Shown here: piece by piece, positions 30,258 to 40,194 of the stretch
Numbering within the stretch: position 1 is the stretch's first letter
How the letters are laid out: the number at the start of each line of letters is the position of its first letter
IMG/VR virus record: IMGVR_UViG_3300027970_000021
Span: 1-64,000 of that record
Reading direction: 5' to 3' (one strand)
DNA length: 64,000 nt
Source: an uncultured virus (IMG/VR IMGVR_UViG_3300027970_000021)
Taxonomy: Duplodnaviria; Heunggongvirae; Uroviricota; Caudoviricetes
The notes under the pieces: generated by a model
The model's input: the letters and a program-made list of their open reading frames with translations, nothing else
What the model was told of the DNA's origin: nothing
Databases searched by the model: none
Program-made: the position numbers and the translations under genes

Positions 30258-30694
30258 CAACGCACCCGCGCCATGATGTTGTAGTTGCGCCGGTCCTCGC
30301 CGAAAGCCTTCAAAAGCCCTTCCGATGCAAACCCGAGAGTAGTCGCCCAACGGTAAGCCATCGCCTCGCCCTCGAGCACGTAGGCCTGTACGCGGTGAAG
30401 CGTGAGCGCCTGCTCGTAGTCCTGGATCACGCTCAGCACGCCCTTGGTGAACTGCACGGGGCAGGTGTAGATGTGCTTTGAGAAGATAGCCCAAACTTCA
30501 GCCACCCCCGCCCACAGGACCGTGCCGCCGACTGCTCCCAGGCAGAGGTCGTCCTCGGTATAGAGCGTGTGCGCAAAGTTATGCGGATGATCCATGAAGT
30601 GCTCTTTGGTGTTGATCCCGTTCTCGCCAAAGAAAACGCTGGTAGGTTCCAGGCCGTCGAGATGCCGGGGGTCAAACTTTTTGCGCTTAATCAT
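30257..30694 (-). CDS. GNAT-like protein (T7 gp13-like position)
   Basis: GVAEVW...RVQAYV...WATTLGFASEGLLKAFG pattern; right after nozzle. Confidence 0.7.
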   Translation of the reverse strand: MIKRKKFDPRHLDGLEPTSVFFGENGINTKEHFMDHPHNFAHTLYTEDDLCLGAVGGTVLWAGVAEVWAIFSKHIYTCPVQFTKGVLSVIQDYEQALTLHRVQAYVLEGEAMAYRWATTLGFASEGLLKAFGEDRRNYNIMARVR

Positions 30695-33014
30695 TGGTCA
30701 CACCGCGGGCAAAGATGCCTTCGACTTCCAGGGGGAGAGGAAGGTCCTGGGCCACGATGAGGTTCAAGCGCTCGCTCCACCCCGACTGGAAGCCAAGGTG
30801 GCGATCGCCCGTGAACAGCGGAATCTCGGCATTGTTTACGAGATCCGGCGTGCGGAATTCGATCGTCTCGAGCTCCGAGTCGTTGCTCCCAAACTTAGCG
30901 CCCACCGTGCGGTTGAAGCGGATCACGATGTCGTCGATTGATTTGTTCGCTCCCTGCGCGGATCCAATCACAGATCCCAGGTTGATGTTGCTCGTCTTAA
31001 GAAGGCTCCGGTACTTGAGCCCCGCGATCAGCTCGGTTGCGTTGATGTCGAGCGTGATTTGTCCCGAGCCGTCTACCACTTTCTCACCATGGTAGATCCC
31101 GTCAGCAAGGCACGAAACCGTCTGCCCGATCAAATGCGAGAAGCCGGTGAAGACTTTCCCGGGGCTTCCGAGTGTCACGATTTTGGCGGAATCCGAGAAG
31201 ATCGGTTTGTCGAGGTAGCTGGTAGAGTTGTTGTAAAGGTCTTCGAGCTCAAACTCTTTGTTGATCCGCTCGAGGTACGTGATGTCGGCACCGTTGATCG
31301 TGCGCCGGACAGCCAACCAAATGTCGTCGTGCGTGCCTTCCGCATTCGGCGCCACGCAGAAGGACAGAATCTTAGGCGGCGTTGCCTTGCTCGACTCGGT
31401 GAGCACCCCGCCCAGCTCATGCCAGTGGAAGGCGGCATAGCCCTGATCGCGGTCACGCGTGCACGCGTAGAATCCGCCGTTGCGATCAAGTACCCAGAGC
31501 ATCCCGTTGAAGTGCTCTTGGTTAGAAATCTGCACGATCTCGGGGTTCACGTACGTGACGCGCTTTGCGAGCATCTTTTTCGGCATGTGCTCGGCATACG
31601 TCGAAATGTCCGCCGCCTTGTAGGAATCTTCCTGGAAGTTGAAAACAAATTCCCGGAGACGGCGCTTGTTGCGCGGGATGAATACAAGAGAGTTCCCTTG
31701 ACGCGCAGGCATAATGAGTGCCCCGCCGTGGGCCGTCTCTGCCTGGAAGCCCACGTTCAGGGGGCCCAGCGTTTGCGAACTGTCAGGGTTATTTGAGATG
31801 AATTCGCGCCCAGTCGAACCAAGCTGCAGCGTCTTACCAGCGGACATCCACACGATCTGCGAGAGTTCGTTGGAAGTGAGGTTCACATCATACGGGTCAT
31901 CGTTCGCGACGGTATTGGGGCTGTCGTCCACATACTTTGCTTGGCGCATGTCGCCCAGGTTTCCGATGCGGGAGGCCCACAAACCGTTCGGGCGAAAATA
32001 GTGGCTTCCGTAATAGAGGCGGTTCTCGTAAAACGAAATCACGCCGGGATTGCCGCGGCTGTTGGCCTTCACCGTCGAGTTAGAGACGCCCTCTTTCAGT
32101 CGCCAGTCAGAAAAACACCAGCGAACAGTGGCGCTCGTATCTCCCAGGGTCTTGAGCACCGTCGCGTTCACGCTGCTTGCAAGCCCGTTCGATGGCGATA
32201 CCAGCGAGGTGATGAGCACAACACCCGTCGTAGAATTCGATGCGTTCGTGATCCGCATGGCGTGCCCCACCATGGATTCATTGTAGATCGTGATCGGAAA
32301 CCCACCCGAGACCGTGGTGGCGGGGATCGTGATGTTGCCAGTGGTGGCCGAAGGCGTAACCTGGAATAGTCCGTTCGACGGGTTCTCAGGCAAAAACGGC
32401 CAGGACTTGGCTGCAACTGCGCTCGAGAAACCAGTAATCGAAGTGTTAGTTTGTCCCAGGGCGGAATACGCCCAGAACATAAACAGGCCTAGGTCCGTTG
32501 TCCCGTCGTATTGGATTGCAAACGGCGGATGATCCTTCTGCACGAAGAACATCGCGCGCCCAAACTGTGTGTACTGAATTTCGCGAAGCTGCTGCGCAGT
32601 CGAGAATCCTAGGAACTGTGCGGCACCTGAAAGAAGCGAAAATGGAACCGAAGTCGTCACCGCAAGCTGCGTGACCGTTCCATCAGAGTTCAGTCGGTAA
32701 GCGTCGATCCCCTTGGCGCCGGCAACCGCCGCCACTGTGCGCGTCGTAAACGCGAGTACGATCGTAACCCCATCCTGCACAAACGGGATCAGCCGAACAT
32801 TCGTCTCATCCTTGATGAATGAACCGACCGAGCTACCGTGCCCGCCTACGTACTGTGCGCCAGGGCGGCGCATAGCACCGCCTTGCGGGAGCACGAGCAT
32901 GTTTGTGAGCTCTTCGCATGAGTTTTTGTAGGTCTCGAGATCAACGCGCGCCTGCGCACGAGGAGAGACTTCGCCCGCCAGGAAGTGGGCGATCTGCTCG
33001 CGGAATCGTGCCAT
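30687..33014 (-). CDS. tail tubular protein B / nozzle
   Basis: FLAGEVSP...NMLVLPQGGAMRRPG N-terminus; SFYENRLY; PLFTGD C-terminus. Confidence 0.85.
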   Translation of the reverse strand: MARFREQIAHFLAGEVSPRAQARVDLETYKNSCEELTNMLVLPQGGAMRRPGAQYVGGHGSSVGSFIKDETNVRLIPFVQDGVTIVLAFTTRTVAAVAGAKGIDAYRLNSDGTVTQLAVTTSVPFSLLSGAAQFLGFSTAQQLREIQYTQFGRAMFFVQKDHPPFAIQYDGTTDLGLFMFWAYSALGQTNTSITGFSSAVAAKSWPFLPENPSNGLFQVTPSATTGNITIPATTVSGGFPITIYNESMVGHAMRITNASNSTTGVVLITSLVSPSNGLASSVNATVLKTLGDTSATVRWCFSDWRLKEGVSNSTVKANSRGNPGVISFYENRLYYGSHYFRPNGLWASRIGNLGDMRQAKYVDDSPNTVANDDPYDVNLTSNELSQIVWMSAGKTLQLGSTGREFISNNPDSSQTLGPLNVGFQAETAHGGALIMPARQGNSLVFIPRNKRRLREFVFNFQEDSYKAADISTYAEHMPKKMLAKRVTYVNPEIVQISNQEHFNGMLWVLDRNGGFYACTRDRDQGYAAFHWHELGGVLTESSKATPPKILSFCVAPNAEGTHDDIWLAVRRTINGADITYLERINKEFELEDLYNNSTSYLDKPIFSDSAKIVTLGSPGKVFTGFSHLIGQTVSCLADGIYHGEKVVDGSGQITLDINATELIAGLKYRSLLKTSNINLGSVIGSAQGANKSIDDIVIRFNRTVGAKFGSNDSELETIEFRTPDLVNNAEIPLFTGDRHLGFQSGWSERLNLIVAQDLPLPLEVEGIFARGVTND

Positions 33015-33584
33015 CTAGTACCTCGAATCAAGCCAGGAAGATGCTTCCGGCGCTTGCTGGGAACCACGTTGCTGGGCGGAGTACGACCGTGCCTCGCGCA
33101 TTTTCTCTTTCCAGAGGGTCTGCATGTTAGCAGCGAGAGTAGCGTTCTGCGTAATCGTATACGCCATCTCAGCCGCCATCTTGTACGCAAGTACCTCTTG
33201 GAAGGCCGGCTGGTAGCTGCTCGTGTCTGTGTTACGCCAGGCGTAGCGAACGGCAATCACATCGGTGTAGTTCGTAAGCAGCTGACCGCTTTCGATGATC
33301 CAGTCCACCTCGTTAGGGATGTTGGAGTCAAAAACTCCAAGGCAATCCCCCGGGAGCTGATATGCACGCGTGTATTGAAAAGCCGGTACAAGGCCCGCAA
33401 TTTGCGCGACTTGCGCGCGGCGGGTCGCAAAATTCCACGGCTGAGAGGCGAGCAGCGCGTCCCTGGAAATGAAGTACGTGTCCTTGCAAGTGCGCCCCTC
33501 GAGAGAATCATCCGAGAGCGACGTTATCCGCCGCGCTCGGAGCTTCGCTAAGGCCGCGTTACAAATCTCGACTTCAGTTGCCAT
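33015..33584 (-). CDS. tail tubular protein A / adaptor
   Basis: MATEVEICNAALAKL...PWNFATRR...AYQLPGDCL motifs. Confidence 0.85.
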   Translation of the reverse strand: MATEVEICNAALAKLRARRITSLSDDSLEGRTCKDTYFISRDALLASQPWNFATRRAQVAQIAGLVPAFQYTRAYQLPGDCLGVFDSNIPNEVDWIIESGQLLTNYTDVIAVRYAWRNTDTSSYQPAFQEVLAYKMAAEMAYTITQNATLAANMQTLWKEKMREARSYSAQQRGSQQAPEASSWLDSRY

Positions 33585-33637
33585 TCGGCTGCTCCCTCCC
33601 ACCCCTGGGTGGCTATGATATAGCCCAGAACGGAAAC

Positions 33638-34093
33638 TTAGTCTTGGACGATGTAGAAAGCGCCCTTGATGAGCACGTTGCCCACGTCGGTTGCTTCCGT
33701 CCAGGCCAGCACAACGTCCACTTCAGAAGCGAAACGCTTCAAGTGTCCGGCATGCCCTGCGGCAGGCTTAGCCAAAACCGCAGCGCCACCAGCGTCGTAG
33801 CCCGATCCAAAGGCATCGTCATCTGCGGCAACAACCGCATCCGCCGAAACAAGGTTGCCAATCTTACAGATACCCGTGGTGCCCGTGGAAGGGATTTGAA
33901 TATCCCAACCAACAACACGCGAGCCTGCAGGGAGGCGGAGAAGGGTCAGGGTATCCGCGATAGCTTGGACCGCGGCGCCCGTGACTTCAAAGTAGAATGC
34001 ACGCACGCGACCACGTACGTTGCCGATCTCTTGCTTGTCGAGACCGACACCAGACGATTGGGCCGTGAACAGAGAGGTATTGACGTTCGCCAT
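33638..34093 (-). CDS. capsid cement/decoration-like protein
   Basis: 151 aa beta-rich (LPAGSRVV) directly downstream of the capsid gene. Confidence 0.6.
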   Translation of the reverse strand: MANVNTSLFTAQSSGVGLDKQEIGNVRGRVRAFYFEVTGAAVQAIADTLTLLRLPAGSRVVGWDIQIPSTGTTGICKIGNLVSADAVVAADDDAFGSGYDAGGAAVLAKPAAGHAGHLKRFASEVDVVLAWTEATDVGNVLIKGAFYIVQD

Positions 34094-34117
34094 GAAAGTG
34101 GCTCCTTATGCTTAAAA

Positions 34118-34149
34118 TCAAAGGGCCCCGGGGGACCACCCCCCGGAGC
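34118..34149 (-). terminator. probable intrinsic terminator after inner capsid gene
   Basis: Minus strand CTCCGGGGG-GTGGT-CCCCCGGGG followed by CCCTTTGATTTT. Confidence 0.5.
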
Positions 34150-34167
34150 GTTACTGCAGGGCAAAAC

Positions 34168-35109
34168 TTAGGCTTCGGTGCAGAGGATACCGACGACTTT
34201 AGTCTCTTCCAGGCGAACAGCGCCACAAGTCATGCTCGCGTACACTTGCTTGGAGTAGGACTTGTCGGCGCGCTCGTCGATCCGGCCTTTGATCTCGGAA
34301 CCGCTCGCAAGAACGATACCGCTTTCGGCCCAAGCAAAACACCGGCGGGTGTTGTTGCCGTTACCCGTCGAGAGCGTGACCGCGCCCGTGGTGGTGTTGA
34401 TCGAGGCAAGGAAGCCGCCAGCGCCGGCCGTACGCAAGAGTTGCGTGCGGTGGAACTTGAAGCCCATGAACGTGTCCACTTCGCCGTGCACAAGCGCCTT
34501 GATGGCGTTGTAATCGGCAGAGGTGACTTGGTTCTCGCCCAGGAGACCGTCGATCTGCTTCTGCGAAACCGCAATGTGCAGCATCTCGTTCTCGTCCACG
34601 TCGGCCTGCCCGAAGAGCGACTTGACCTTGATCAAGGTCGCGACGTTCAGGTTCGACACGGCCGTCGAAGCCACGGCACCGACGTACTGTGCTGCCAGTT
34701 GAGCTTGAGTGCTGTCGCCTTCTTTACCAGTGATGGCCGAGCCAAGAGCTGCGTCGATGATCTCAAGATCCATCGCGCGGCCAAGAGCCCAGGCTGCCGA
34801 CATCGCGTAGGGGCTGGTAGGATCGATGAGAGCGCGGATGCGATCTTCCTTGTCGATCAAGTCGGCCCATTCGTAGTCGTTCATCTTCACGCCACGACGG
34901 CTGTGATCCGAGTTCACCAAGGGGGTGTCGGAATGACGGCCGACTTTCTTGATGGCGCTCGTGGGTCCGAGGCGGTCGTAGAAATCGACTTCGGCGTTCT
35001 GGACTTCGTTGCGCACGAAGGGACGCAGACGCGAGCCCTTTTGTTGCGCGAGGTGGAAAATGTTGTCAGAGAAGCCCTTTACAAAGGCTTGCGGGTACAG
35101 ATTCGACAT
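34168..35109 (-). CDS. major capsid protein (inner phage)
   Basis: LAQQKGSRLR, SADYNAIKALVHGEVDTFMGFKF, GAVRLEETKVV; after scaffold; AAGGAG RBS. Confidence 0.9.
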   Translation of the reverse strand: MSNLYPQAFVKGFSDNIFHLAQQKGSRLRPFVRNEVQNAEVDFYDRLGPTSAIKKVGRHSDTPLVNSDHSRRGVKMNDYEWADLIDKEDRIRALIDPTSPYAMSAAWALGRAMDLEIIDAALGSAITGKEGDSTQAQLAAQYVGAVASTAVSNLNVATLIKVKSLFGQADVDENEMLHIAVSQKQIDGLLGENQVTSADYNAIKALVHGEVDTFMGFKFHRTQLLRTAGAGGFLASINTTTGAVTLSTGNGNNTRRCFAWAESGIVLASGSEIKGRIDERADKSYSKQVYASMTCGAVRLEETKVVGILCTEA

Positions 35110-35359
35110 GTGGAATGTCTCCTTTGGTTTCGAGTTGTGGGTTCAGATTACCGAGCGATATCGGAACTGCCCTCGAAACCGAGGATTCCTTCGCATCGTG
35201 CCTGCTTTCAGGCGCGCTACAAACGTGGCTGCTACTTAGAGTGGACCCGAAAAGGGTTGCCCACAAACAGCCGGGAATCCGAGGATGCTAAAATAACACT
35301 CCCCCCGGGACATCTACTAGAATGCCACGGGGGGAGTTAAATGCAAGTACCGGGGCTAA

Positions 35360-36229
35360 CTATTTTTGCTCGGCAGGGTAGCGCTGCTCCCAAAGCTTCG
35401 ACATCTCGGCCACCGCTGCCTGGTGGTTCGGATGATCCTTCAGGTAGTAGGGGTGCTGGCGATCGCTCTTGATTGACTCAATGCGTTCCTTGGCCTGCTC
35501 AGGAGTCATCCCACCACCCTCGCGCGACGTGCCACCAGGGAGCTTGTCCTCTCTAAGCTCAGCCCCGATTTTGGCGAACACTTTGATGAGCCGCGAATCA
35601 TTGTTCAGCCCCGACTCTTTCAGGTGCTTTATCAGCTCGTCGCCGCCGAAGTCGCGGATCGCGAGTTCCGCAATCTTGATCTGCTGCTCAAACCCGTTGC
35701 CCCACTCTTTTTTGAGCTCGGCAATTTCTGCCGTCTGCTTTTCGGTGTGCTTTGCTTTCAGGGACTCGGCCGCACCTTTGGCAGTGAGGCCATACCAGTT
35801 GAGGAGCTTTTCGGCTTGCTTCGGGAGGATGCCCGCCTTGTGTGCCTGTTCCTTGAAGGAATCGAGAAACGAGTCCTCGAGCCCCGCTTCCTTGTCGAGC
35901 TTCACCTGGTAGTCCTTCAACTCTTTCGGACGCCCCAGCTTGTCGAAGATGTTTTGCCAGTCTTCCTCGGTTGCGTGCTGATCGGGAACCGGGATCTTGT
36001 CTTTTCCGATGAGCTTCTGCGCGTTGATGAACGCCTTCGTCAAATTCGGAATGTCCTTGATGCTCGCAAGCGAGGGGTCAGCGCGGAATTCTTCCGGGAG
36101 CCCTTCCTTCCAATTTTCCGGGAACGAGACGCTACTTGCAGGGGGAGGCGGAGCTCCGGCTCCCGACTTGTCACCACCACCACTGGCAGGGGCCCCGCCC
36201 GCAGTCCCCATGAATCCTTCATTCGCCAT
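35360..36229 (-). CDS. capsid scaffolding protein
   Basis: WQNIFDKLGRP, LKKEWG, HPNHQAAV motifs; between portal and capsid genes. Confidence 0.8.
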   Translation of the reverse strand: MANEGFMGTAGGAPASGGGDKSGAGAPPPPASSVSFPENWKEGLPEEFRADPSLASIKDIPNLTKAFINAQKLIGKDKIPVPDQHATEEDWQNIFDKLGRPKELKDYQVKLDKEAGLEDSFLDSFKEQAHKAGILPKQAEKLLNWYGLTAKGAAESLKAKHTEKQTAEIAELKKEWGNGFEQQIKIAELAIRDFGGDELIKHLKESGLNNDSRLIKVFAKIGAELREDKLPGGTSREGGGMTPEQAKERIESIKSDRQHPYYLKDHPNHQAAVAEMSKLWEQRYPAEQK

Positions 36230-36485
36230 TTTCGCTATCCTCCACGATTTTACGCAACCGCTCCGGGTTCACGTTTATAAGCTTCAGGATGCGGAGCACG
36301 ACATTGCGCTCCCCCTCCCAAAAAATATGACGGTTGGGAGCTGCCGGATCAAACGTGCACGACAGGACGTGATGCTGTTTGATTAAATCACGCAGCACGC
36401 GCTCCCCTGCCTGAGACGAAAAGATTTGCTTGTAGTCCTTCACACGCGCGAGCGCGGAATTCTCGACTTCTTTATTGTCAGCCAC
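36219..36485 (-). CDS. small head-assembly protein (Bbp19-like)
   Basis: YKQIFSSQAGERVLRDL...EGERNVVLRI; follows portal. Confidence 0.7.
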   Translation of the reverse strand: MADNKEVENSALARVKDYKQIFSSQAGERVLRDLIKQHHVLSCTFDPAAPNRHIFWEGERNVVLRILKLINVNPERLRKIVEDSENGE

Positions 36486-36494
36486 GGGACTCCT

Positions 36495-38114
36495 TTACGC
36501 TTGTTTGGAAAGCTGCTCAAGTCCGATCGCGGTCGGCCCCAGTTTGGCGGCGCCATCGATCTGCTTTGCTTGCTGCTCCTGCGCCACGGCCTGCGCCTGC
36601 GCGTCGGCCCGTGCTTTCCGCTTCTGCTCAACCTCATCCGCATCCCGGATGATCTCTTGCGGGAAGTTGAACACGCGAGCAGCAAACTTCAAAGCGGCAT
36701 CGCCATTCAAGTTGTCGAGCACGCTCTGATCTGCCTGCACGAACGGCGCGATGAAATCCATCGTCTTCGAGATCGATTGCGCTTCCGCCACACGCTGCGC
36801 TTGCGCAATCATGGACGTGTACGCAACATCGATCTGCCGGCCACGGAGAACTTCGGGGGCCTCGTCAATCATTCCCTTGCGCTGCATGATCTCAAACACG
36901 CGATCAATCAAGGGACGTAAGAATTCCGATTGCTGGCGACCGAGCATAGGGCCCAGCAAACGCATGCGCTCTTCAGTCCGCTGCATGACTTCCGTTGCCG
37001 TCATCTGCGGGCCAGTGTTGAGCTGCAACTGATCGATATAGAACGTCTGCTTGATCCGCTCGCGGCGCTCGCGCATGACTTCAAACCCAAAATCCACGCG
37101 CGTGTCGTTGAACACGGGCTCGATCCGGTCTTGCGACCCTGCACGGTAGTAGCTCACGCCACCAGGGCGAGTTTTCAGCGGCATTACAAAGCCGTCGTCG
37201 GGCGCCTGCACCGGAGGATCGACGGCTTTCTGGGCGCCAATCAGCACCGTCTCAGTCATCTTGTTCAGGGTCTTCACATCCGGGAGTGCATTCATCCCGG
37301 GGCCGCGTCCGTAGACTTCGCCCGAGGCCTTCGTCCACCGCGGCACTACCAGGGGGAGTTCTCGGAACTGCCCCTCAGAGAGCTCCACTTCGTCCACTGA
37401 CTTCAGAATGAACTGAGAGACGTAGCGGAACTTGGCGGTGGAAACCTTGGCTGCATCCCGTGGATAGATCGCCTGGATCAATTCAAATTTGTCTTCCACG
37501 CCCTTTTCATAGGCGCGCTTCAGATTGCGCGAGAGCTCGAGAACTTTCTCTCCGAATTGCTGCACGATCTGGCGCGCAGTCCACTGGAACGAGCGGTAGA
37601 TTTCATCAATCTGCCCCTTGTTGTTCTCAGCGATGTAGAGCTCTTTGATGTGGCGAGCGGCAAACCGCACGACTTGATCCTCGTCCTCTTCAATCGAGAA
37701 ACCGGCGGTGCCAATGCAGGGGAGATCAAGATAATACTGGTGCACTTCCGTCTGGAAGTTTGAGCCGTTGAAGACATTAAGCATCTTGCGCGAGCTGTTT
37801 TGCAGCCACTTGCGCACATCATCGAGATCATCGATCTCGGGGTTGCCGGTTGTGAGCATGAACCACTGCCCAGAGGGGTTTGTCAGCATCCCATGCAGCG
37901 CTCCTGCCAGGAGCTCATTCGATTGCACTCCCGTCGAATCCAGGAGCACGAGATTGCGCTTCTGCCCCGGCGAGTACACGGTGTTGATATCGGAGCGGTT
38001 TGGGAGCATGTAGGTTGCGCACTCACGCCAGTGGGATTCCCACGTCGTGCGATCGGCCTTGAGCTGCTCGAAGCGTTTGCAAATCTTTTTTGCCGAGAGC
38101 TTATCTGCTGCCAC
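36495..38114 (-). CDS. portal (head-to-tail connector) protein
   Basis: RW...GEVYGRGPG, QMTATEV..R.EE...LGP...R.Q.E.L.PLI motifs of T7/BPP-1-type portals. Confidence 0.92.
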   Translation of the reverse strand: MAADKLSAKKICKRFEQLKADRTTWESHWRECATYMLPNRSDINTVYSPGQKRNLVLLDSTGVQSNELLAGALHGMLTNPSGQWFMLTTGNPEIDDLDDVRKWLQNSSRKMLNVFNGSNFQTEVHQYYLDLPCIGTAGFSIEEDEDQVVRFAARHIKELYIAENNKGQIDEIYRSFQWTARQIVQQFGEKVLELSRNLKRAYEKGVEDKFELIQAIYPRDAAKVSTAKFRYVSQFILKSVDEVELSEGQFRELPLVVPRWTKASGEVYGRGPGMNALPDVKTLNKMTETVLIGAQKAVDPPVQAPDDGFVMPLKTRPGGVSYYRAGSQDRIEPVFNDTRVDFGFEVMRERRERIKQTFYIDQLQLNTGPQMTATEVMQRTEERMRLLGPMLGRQQSEFLRPLIDRVFEIMQRKGMIDEAPEVLRGRQIDVAYTSMIAQAQRVAEAQSISKTMDFIAPFVQADQSVLDNLNGDAALKFAARVFNFPQEIIRDADEVEQKRKARADAQAQAVAQEQQAKQIDGAAKLGPTAIGLEQLSKQA

Positions 38115-38516
38115 TTATTTCCCCGAAATCTGGCGCGCTGCGAGCGACCCGAAATATTGCTGTGCCGGCGACGGCTTAGAGAGGCCCACGTTCGGAGATG
38201 TCATCAGCTTCGCCGACTCTTCCGTCTGTGCGCGAGCCGCAGCTGCCCGGGCACTTGCAGCGGTAGCCGTCTGTGTGTACCGATTGATGAGATCATTCTG
38301 TTTGTTGATGATGTCGGGCTGGGCCAGGAACGATTGATCGTCTTTGCTTGTGGCTCCCAGGGCTTCGATCTCGGCGAGATACGCCTTGCGCTCTTCATCC
38401 GAGAGCTCCGCATTCTTATTGACGGCGTTGATGATCGAATCCCGCCCGCGGAGAACTTCCTGGCTGTAAAGCATGCCCTGTGCCGTGCCGGCCTGGCCGC
38501 GATCATTGCTACCCAT
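38115..38516 (-). CDS. small virion-associated protein
   Basis: 133 aa between TerL and portal; GGAGG RBS. Confidence 0.55.
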   Translation of the reverse strand: MGSNDRGQAGTAQGMLYSQEVLRGRDSIINAVNKNAELSDEERKAYLAEIEALGATSKDDQSFLAQPDIINKQNDLINRYTQTATAASARAAAARAQTEESAKLMTSPNVGLSKPSPAQQYFGSLAARQISGK

Positions 38517-38532
38517 TGAAAGCCCTCCCCAT

Positions 38533-39864
38533 CTACCCTAGAATATCGTAGCTTGAGTCGGTATGATCCGGCAAGTGGTCGCGACGCGTCCTGACCGAAT
38601 TGTCAATATTCCCCATGGCTACCAGGCGGAAACCGTCCGCGCCGTGCGAGGCCCAGTTATGCAGGGGCTTCGTCGAAAAAATCTTGTTCTTTGCGTCCCA
38701 CTTGCGCTCGTAGTTCTTGAGCGCATCGATCCCACGGGCGCACTTCTCCGCGTCAAACCACACCTTGGGTATCAGCAGGCGGGCTGCGTTGATCCCGTCT
38801 TCGACTGAGTGCCGGGGCAGGACCTTGGCTGTCACACCTAGATCCCGGAGCGACTGGATCCGGTTCTTTCCCGTCTGTAGCTCACGCGCCTCGGCATCGT
38901 GCGGAAGAATATGATCGCGGTACACGTAGCCACCACGGCGCTGAGCACGCTTCTGAAGCTCGGCCACGTAGTGGGGGAGCGCCTGCCCAGAATCCTCCAG
39001 ATAGTCGATCGCATGGAACTCCCTCCCCACTTGCTGAATGAACCAAATGACGAGCGAATCGCCGATCCCGAGGTCCCAGTAGGTATCGACGGGAACCGCG
39101 GGGTCATGTGGGACTTCGCAAATGCGGCCAGCTTTCTGTGCCGCTTCCATCTCTTTTCCGTAGTAGGCCCCGATAAGCGCTGCCGTAAACGAGCACTCAA
39201 ACTCCTGCTCAAACTCCTCCGGCGACATAATCGCCCGCGCGTCGTCCAGCTCCTTGGCTGGAACGATGCCCGTCTCAGAAGCTTTAAACACGCCCCAGTA
39301 CCAGTCCTGATCAACACCAGATTTCGACTTCGCGACTTTTAAGATATCCCAGAAGTGGTTCTGCCCCTTGGGAGTACCGATGAAGATCGCCCAGCCCATC
39401 CGGTCCGAGAGCGCCGGGCGAATTACCTGCGACCACACCAGGGGGTCCATTTCCGCGAATTCATCCAAAATAACCCCGTCAAAATACATCCCCCGGATCG
39501 ATCCGGGGTTGTCGGCTCCCAGGAGTACAATTCGGATCCGATCGCCCCCGTTGACGCCAGGGCGAGGAATATCCACTCGCAACTCAGCCTCATTTGCCGT
39601 CACCCCAGGGATATTCTTCGTGTACTCTTTGAGGTAATCCCACGCGACGCGCTTGGCTTGCCCGTAGTAGGGCGCAAAATATGCGTACTGCGGGTTCTTG
39701 CGCGGGCAACGGAGTGACTTGTCAACAACTTCGTTGATCGCAAGTACCGTTTTCCCGAAACGGCGATGGCAGACGAGCACATTGAAGCGCTTCAGGAGAG
39801 TATGAATCTTCTCCTGCAGTTTGCGCGGAACGTACCCGGTTCCGACTTTCTTTTGCTGCATCAA
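38533..39864 (-). CDS. terL: terminase large subunit
   Basis: CHRRFGKT Walker A, VILDE Walker B, GTPKG, WDLG and HGADGFR nuclease motifs. Confidence 0.95.
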   Translation of the reverse strand: MMQQKKVGTGYVPRKLQEKIHTLLKRFNVLVCHRRFGKTVLAINEVVDKSLRCPRKNPQYAYFAPYYGQAKRVAWDYLKEYTKNIPGVTANEAELRVDIPRPGVNGGDRIRIVLLGADNPGSIRGMYFDGVILDEFAEMDPLVWSQVIRPALSDRMGWAIFIGTPKGQNHFWDILKVAKSKSGVDQDWYWGVFKASETGIVPAKELDDARAIMSPEEFEQEFECSFTAALIGAYYGKEMEAAQKAGRICEVPHDPAVPVDTYWDLGIGDSLVIWFIQQVGREFHAIDYLEDSGQALPHYVAELQKRAQRRGGYVYRDHILPHDAEARELQTGKNRIQSLRDLGVTAKVLPRHSVEDGINAARLLIPKVWFDAEKCARGIDALKNYERKWDAKNKIFSTKPLHNWASHGADGFRLVAMGNIDNSVRTRRDHLPDHTDSSYDILG

Positions 39865-39903
39865 TTCCCCCGGCCCCAGGATACCAGGGGGGAGGAAAAA
39901 CCG

Positions 39904-40194
39904 CTAGGATTCACGAACGGGAATCCCGGGTTGCGCTAGATCATGTACCGTGATCGACAGCCACACCGTCCAGGGCTTGCAATTCTGGCACCCCGGATTC
40001 TGGCAGTGGGGCTGCTTCACCTTCTTCGTCAGCGTCGCTCCATGCAGGAGCTTCGCTGTGTCCCCGATCCCCGTGATCTGGTGTTCGACTATCAGCTTCT
40101 TGATCACCTCTGTCCGCAGTCCCGGAGCCTTCACCTGGAAGTGCTCGAGCTGGTTCCACGTCACCGCTGATGTCGTCTCGAATTCCACCCACAT
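39904..40194 (-). CDS. possible small overlapping protein with Cys cluster
   Basis: MWVEFET...HCQNPGCQNC; overlaps terS 3' end in another frame. Confidence 0.35.
   Translation of the reverse strand: MWVEFETTSAVTWNQLEHFQVKAPGLRTEVIKKLIVEHQITGIGDTAKLLHGATLTKKVKQPHCQNPGCQNCKPWTVWLSITVHDLAQPGIPVRES

Noticed and set aside
34108..35340. 410-aa plus-strand ORF and similar long antisense ORFs (22834-23592, 26708-27748, 31059-31796)
   Set aside because: Shadows of well-supported minus-strand genes in GC-rich DNA; no motifs.
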